Shown in pieces: positions 59,699 to 64,000 of a stretch of 64,000 nt of DNA. Each line of letters begins with the position of its first letter. The first letter of the stretch is position 1. Made by a program: the position numbers and the translations under genes. Location of the stretch: positions 434,001 to 498,000 of the forward strand of contig CT868096.1 of the NCBI GenBank assembly GCA_000165425.1, in the 5' to 3' direction. The stretch comes from Paramecium tetraurelia. Its lineage: Eukaryota. The notes under the pieces were generated by a model. The model was given only the letters and a program-made list of their open reading frames with translations, did no database searches and was not told the origin of the DNA.

Positions 59699-60592
59699 TC
59701 ATAAGATTATTCTATTTTTATTATATATTTAGTTTTATTGTCTTCTTAATAATGACTGGTTTTCATTCTCTGATTAAGAATGTCTCTTAACTAATGATAA
59801 ATTTGGTTTAATATTCAAGATTCTCAATAATTTATTAAAAATCTTTGATAGTGTATTTATCGGCCATTTTAGTAGTGTTTTAATTTAAGTCTAAATGATA
59901 TCTGCGTTGGGAGAAATCTGTTTAAGACGGTTTTTTTTCATTGTTAAATTGATGATAACATATTTTGAATATTGAGGAGTGTAGATGAGCACTTAGGTTT
60001 ATAGAGATATTTAATTTTTTTGAGTGTTCATTTTACTGTTAAATTAAAAAAATTATGAAATACATAAAAAGAGGGGTTATTGTATAAATATTATCATCCT
60101 TGAGTTTCTCGTAAGACCACTTTAGCAAGTTTTTTGAGCTCAAGGAAATAACTAATATAAAATAAAAGCATTTACCTACTATTAGTAGGATGGTTGTAAT
60201 TTTTGATGGCTCTCTGCAATTCTATGATCTTATTCAGTGGTAATATATCTTGCAATTGTTTTTTGGGATATAAAATACTGCATAGTAATTATAGATTACT
60301 TTTATGTAGGTTTACTCAAGTCAAGACTGGATCTTTGAAATGATAATCTCCCTGGGGATTTACGTATTTGAGGAGATGGGTTCTAAGATTAATGAAGTGC
60401 ATTATTTTTAGGTGATTTGGGAGATATGCTTGATCTCAAGATTTATTAGAGTTATTCCAGATTTGATTTTTTTGCTTAGTACAGTATTTGTTTAGGTTAA
60501 TCAAATTTGCTGTTTATTTTGCCGCGTACTTCCTTACGAAAGTCATCCAATTCAGAAATTGGAGTGTTTGCTATAAATGATCCAGAATGCAT
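59699..60592 (-). CDS. Hypothetical protein
   Basis: MHSGSFIANTPISELDDFRKEVRGKINSKF...; SP-rich with small introns. Confidence 0.55.
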
Positions 60593-60602
60593 AAAATTAT
60601 TA

Positions 60603-61949
60603 ATGAAAAAATTACCTAGTAGTTATTTGGAGCCTAAAATATTTGATAACAAATACATCATCAAATAAAAATTGAGTTCTGGGTCTTTTGGAATTGTTTA
60701 TTTGGCAATTCATAAAGTTACACGCGAAGAAGTGGCTGTGAAATTGGAAAAAGGAGAATAAGAAACATTGGATAGAGAAGTCTACTTGCTCACTAAATTG
60801 TAAGGCGTCTAAGGTATTACTAAACTTTACTGGTTCGGAAGTGAGCAAAACTATAATGTTATGGTCATCGAAATCCTTGGCAAGGATTTAGGATATTATA
60901 TAAAACAATACAAGCAATTATCATTGAAAACTGGCTTACAATTATTGGAATAGCTAATAACAATATTTAGTTTTGTACACAACAAAGGAATTGTTCATAG
61001 AGATTTAAAACCTGAAAATATAATGATGGGTAAAATCAATTCAGCACAAGCATTTTTAGTTGATTTTGGAGTTTCTAAATAGATTTTCGATCAGGGAAAG
61101 CATATGTAAATGTTAGCAATTACAAACTTAGTCCTTTTCGAGATAAAAAGTCATTTATTGGAACAACTCGATATGCTTCAATTGCAGCTCACAGAGGATA
61201 TGAAATCGGCAGAAAAGATGATCTAGAATCTCTTATGTATGTTATTATATATCTTATATTGGGGTAAACATGTTAATTAGTTTAATTAGCAAATTACCTT
61301 GGCAAAATCTGTAAAATATTGGAGATAAAGACAGAACGATTGTTGTTGGAGAAGTCAAGATGTAAACAACAATCTCGTAACTCTGTAAAGATTTGCCTAC
61401 GGGTTTCTCAGAATATCTGAAGTAAAGTAATCATCTTAACTAGTTATTTAAAAGGGCTTAAGTATTAAGACAAGCCTGATTATGATTTATTAAAGAAAAT
61501 TATGAGACAATGTTCAGATGCAAATTCTTATGATAATTAATTCGAATGGACTGATAAAATACCAGAGAAACCTGGAGAAACTAAATAATAAAGTTCTTTC
61601 TTAGCTGTTCCGAGTGGTTTAAATGATCAACAAAGATAAGGCACAAAAAAATAATCTTATATGGGTACTGATTCGATTAAGTTTAGGTTCTCAATCTTCT
61701 AATATAGTTAAATATATTCCGTCTTATCAAGAAGCAATACCTATTAAATCTTAACCTCAAAAAATCATAGTAAGTCAACCTCATATCGATGTCTTAAAAT
61801 AAATTGATACTGTCGACTTTGATGACATTGAAGAAAACATGAAAAATTACCCCACTTTAGAATAAAAATTTTTGAGATTAAAAGAATTTGATGCGAAATT
61901 CAAGGATCAATGCATATCTCATTCTGCAATTCATGTTTTCGATCATTGA
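60603..61949 (+). CDS. CK1: Casein kinase 1 family kinase
   Basis: [49 protein letters not shown]. Confidence 0.95.
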
Positions 61950-61999
61950 ATCAAATTTATTTTAATTTACTTAATTAATTATTCAGAATTATTTATAAA

Positions 62000-64000
62000 A
62001 TTAGAATTTTTATTCTTCCTAATTTAATATATAGCTAATAATTGAAGATCCATTATTATCCATATTCTAATACTTAAAAATACATGCATTAAATGTGTCA
62101 ATTTATTTTCTCATAGAATAATTTTACCACCTTTAAGTTCTAAACGATTTCATCTGCCTATTTAAACCCTTCATTATTAAAAAGAGTCCATTTCTCCTAA
62201 ATCTTACAATAACATTGATAATTTGAACGATCAATATTCTCTATCAAACCACATAATTAATATTTATGAATTGATAATGGATAAGACATCTAATGGGTAT
62301 GAATCTGATCTTGATTGATATCTAAAATTAGAAATTCTTCTTCTGTTTTTTAGAAATCAAAGTAATCTTCTAAATTGTAATTCTTAATAATCTCTGGTTT
62401 TTCCCTCTCATTTTATATTGGTTCATTGTATATTGCATAGACTACAACCTTATTCATTTTTAGAATCAATTTTTGATCAATAAACTTAACAATACAGTTA
62501 TTACATAATTTTTGGTCACAAAATGAACATCTCTCATTTCCTTATTGATTAGTTTAAAAGATCAATTCATACTTTTTATTAAAAATCTTCTCTTTATAAT
62601 CAGTTAAATTTGTCTCCTCAAAAATATTTGCAATTTCTACATGCAAATCAAAAAATTTAGATTGTTTATTTATGTATATTTTTCTAATAGCATCAAAATT
62701 TCTATATGACTTTAGTATTCCAACTTTTTCAACAAAACATCTGTTAATTGTTATTTCTAATTCTTCTTCACTTTATTGACGTTTATTTAAATTATATATG
62801 TAATCTTTAGGAAGTTGACACAAGGGCGTATCAGGATTTACTAACATTATACAATATAATACTTGTTTCTGTGTAATTATTATTACTACATTCAAATAAA
62901 AAATCACTTTCTGGTAAAAATTTCTCAGCTAATTGCTTGACTGTCATTTTATGATCGAAAAAGACTTTTTATGGTTATCCATTCACATAAACAGTGTCAT
63001 GTCTACTTTCAGTGATTGTAACAGAGTGCTCCTTTAGTAATTCAATGTCTTTTGATTCATAACATAAAACAGCCTAACTTCCATAATATGATTCCTCAAT
63101 TATTTCATTTAAGTTAAAATAATCCTTAAAATTATTCTTAATAAAGTTTCTTATCTTATTACTAGACTCATAGTTTTTAAATAAGCAACTAAGTAAAGAT
63201 TATTACGACTCATAAACTGAAAATCCTTTGTTCGAAATTTCAGTCTCCTCAAGACTAATATGAATTCTCTAATCCAAGTGATTATTGTCTTATTTAAAAT
63301 AAAAATTCCTATTTAATACTTGAATGTCTAAGATTAAAAATTATCCATTATTTAATTAATGAGTGTCAAATTTAAATTCTTCAACAACCAACTGATTTTC
63401 ATGAAACCATTTAACTAATTATTTAAAATCTTATGGTACGTTCTTCAAAGCGTAAAATTTAATAAAATTTTTGGGAGGTACTTAAATAGTTAATTGTTAG
63501 TTTAAAAGCTTTTCAAAATTTTAATTTATATCTTATATCGTCCAATCTCTGGAGAAACATTAGACTCCTTCGATTATATTAGTTACTCCTTCATATAGAG
63601 GAATTAATTGAATTTTAAGATTTTTATTTATAAAAGTTCCATCTTTAAATAAAGTCTTAAATGTATAGTATTCTAAGGGAATTTTATTTAGATTTTGAAG
63701 AGTAGTCACTAGTGATTCCCATAAATCTTGGGGTATGCATAAGTAATCTATGTTTAATTTTGACTTTTCATTTAAAAAATAATTGTATAATGGATCATCA
63801 TATCTAAAGTTTAAAATAAAGTTACGATAAAATATTTGAGTAGTAATCGTCCACTAAATCTAAATTTAAAATAGAAATTGTATTGAGTTTATTAATGTCT
63901 TATGTTTGAGCAATTATTTTGGATTTGTTTAACCATCTAATTATTTTTTAAAACAATTACTTTATTGATATCAAATAATAGATGGAATTATCTAGAAACT
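62000..64000 (-). CDS. Large hypothetical protein with a Cys-rich (RING/zinc-finger-like) C-terminus; 5' end beyond the window
   Basis: Long frame with CSFCDQKLCNNC...CSLC and further CxxC-like pairs near 62080-62700. Confidence 0.5.

Overview
This is AT-rich, gene-dense eukaryotic DNA from a ciliate macronuclear genome, most likely Paramecium. TAA/TAG read as Gln, TGA is the only stop, and introns are tiny (about 22-33 nt, GT..AG). The supplied ORF track uses the standard code, so it fragments or mis-frames almost every gene; I re-translated by eye with the ciliate code and gene ends are approximate where stated. About 30 genes are visible. Recognisable ones: PP2A B'' subunit, SDHA (with 7 apparent single-base insertions), a tandem CCCH zinc-finger protein, long-chain acyl-CoA synthetase, VPS33, an SNF1/AMPK-like kinase, RPS23, dCMP deaminase, an F-BAR protein, ribophorin II, proteasome beta2, a DnaJ protein, a CDPK7-like kinase, a chromodomain protein and CK1. 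An accessory-looking block at about 22-43 kb holds the most unusual material: a ~7 kb giant GTPase/Cys-His-repeat/vWA gene, decayed gene remnants, an inverted paralog pair, a zinc-finger protein resembling a catalytically dead tyrosine recombinase, a TA-bounded perfect palindrome present in one copy of a duplication and absent from the other, an assembly gap, and a glutamate-cysteine ligase pseudogene missing its core. Also notable is a secreted polyQ/acidic protein ending in a beta/gamma-crystallin-like domain.
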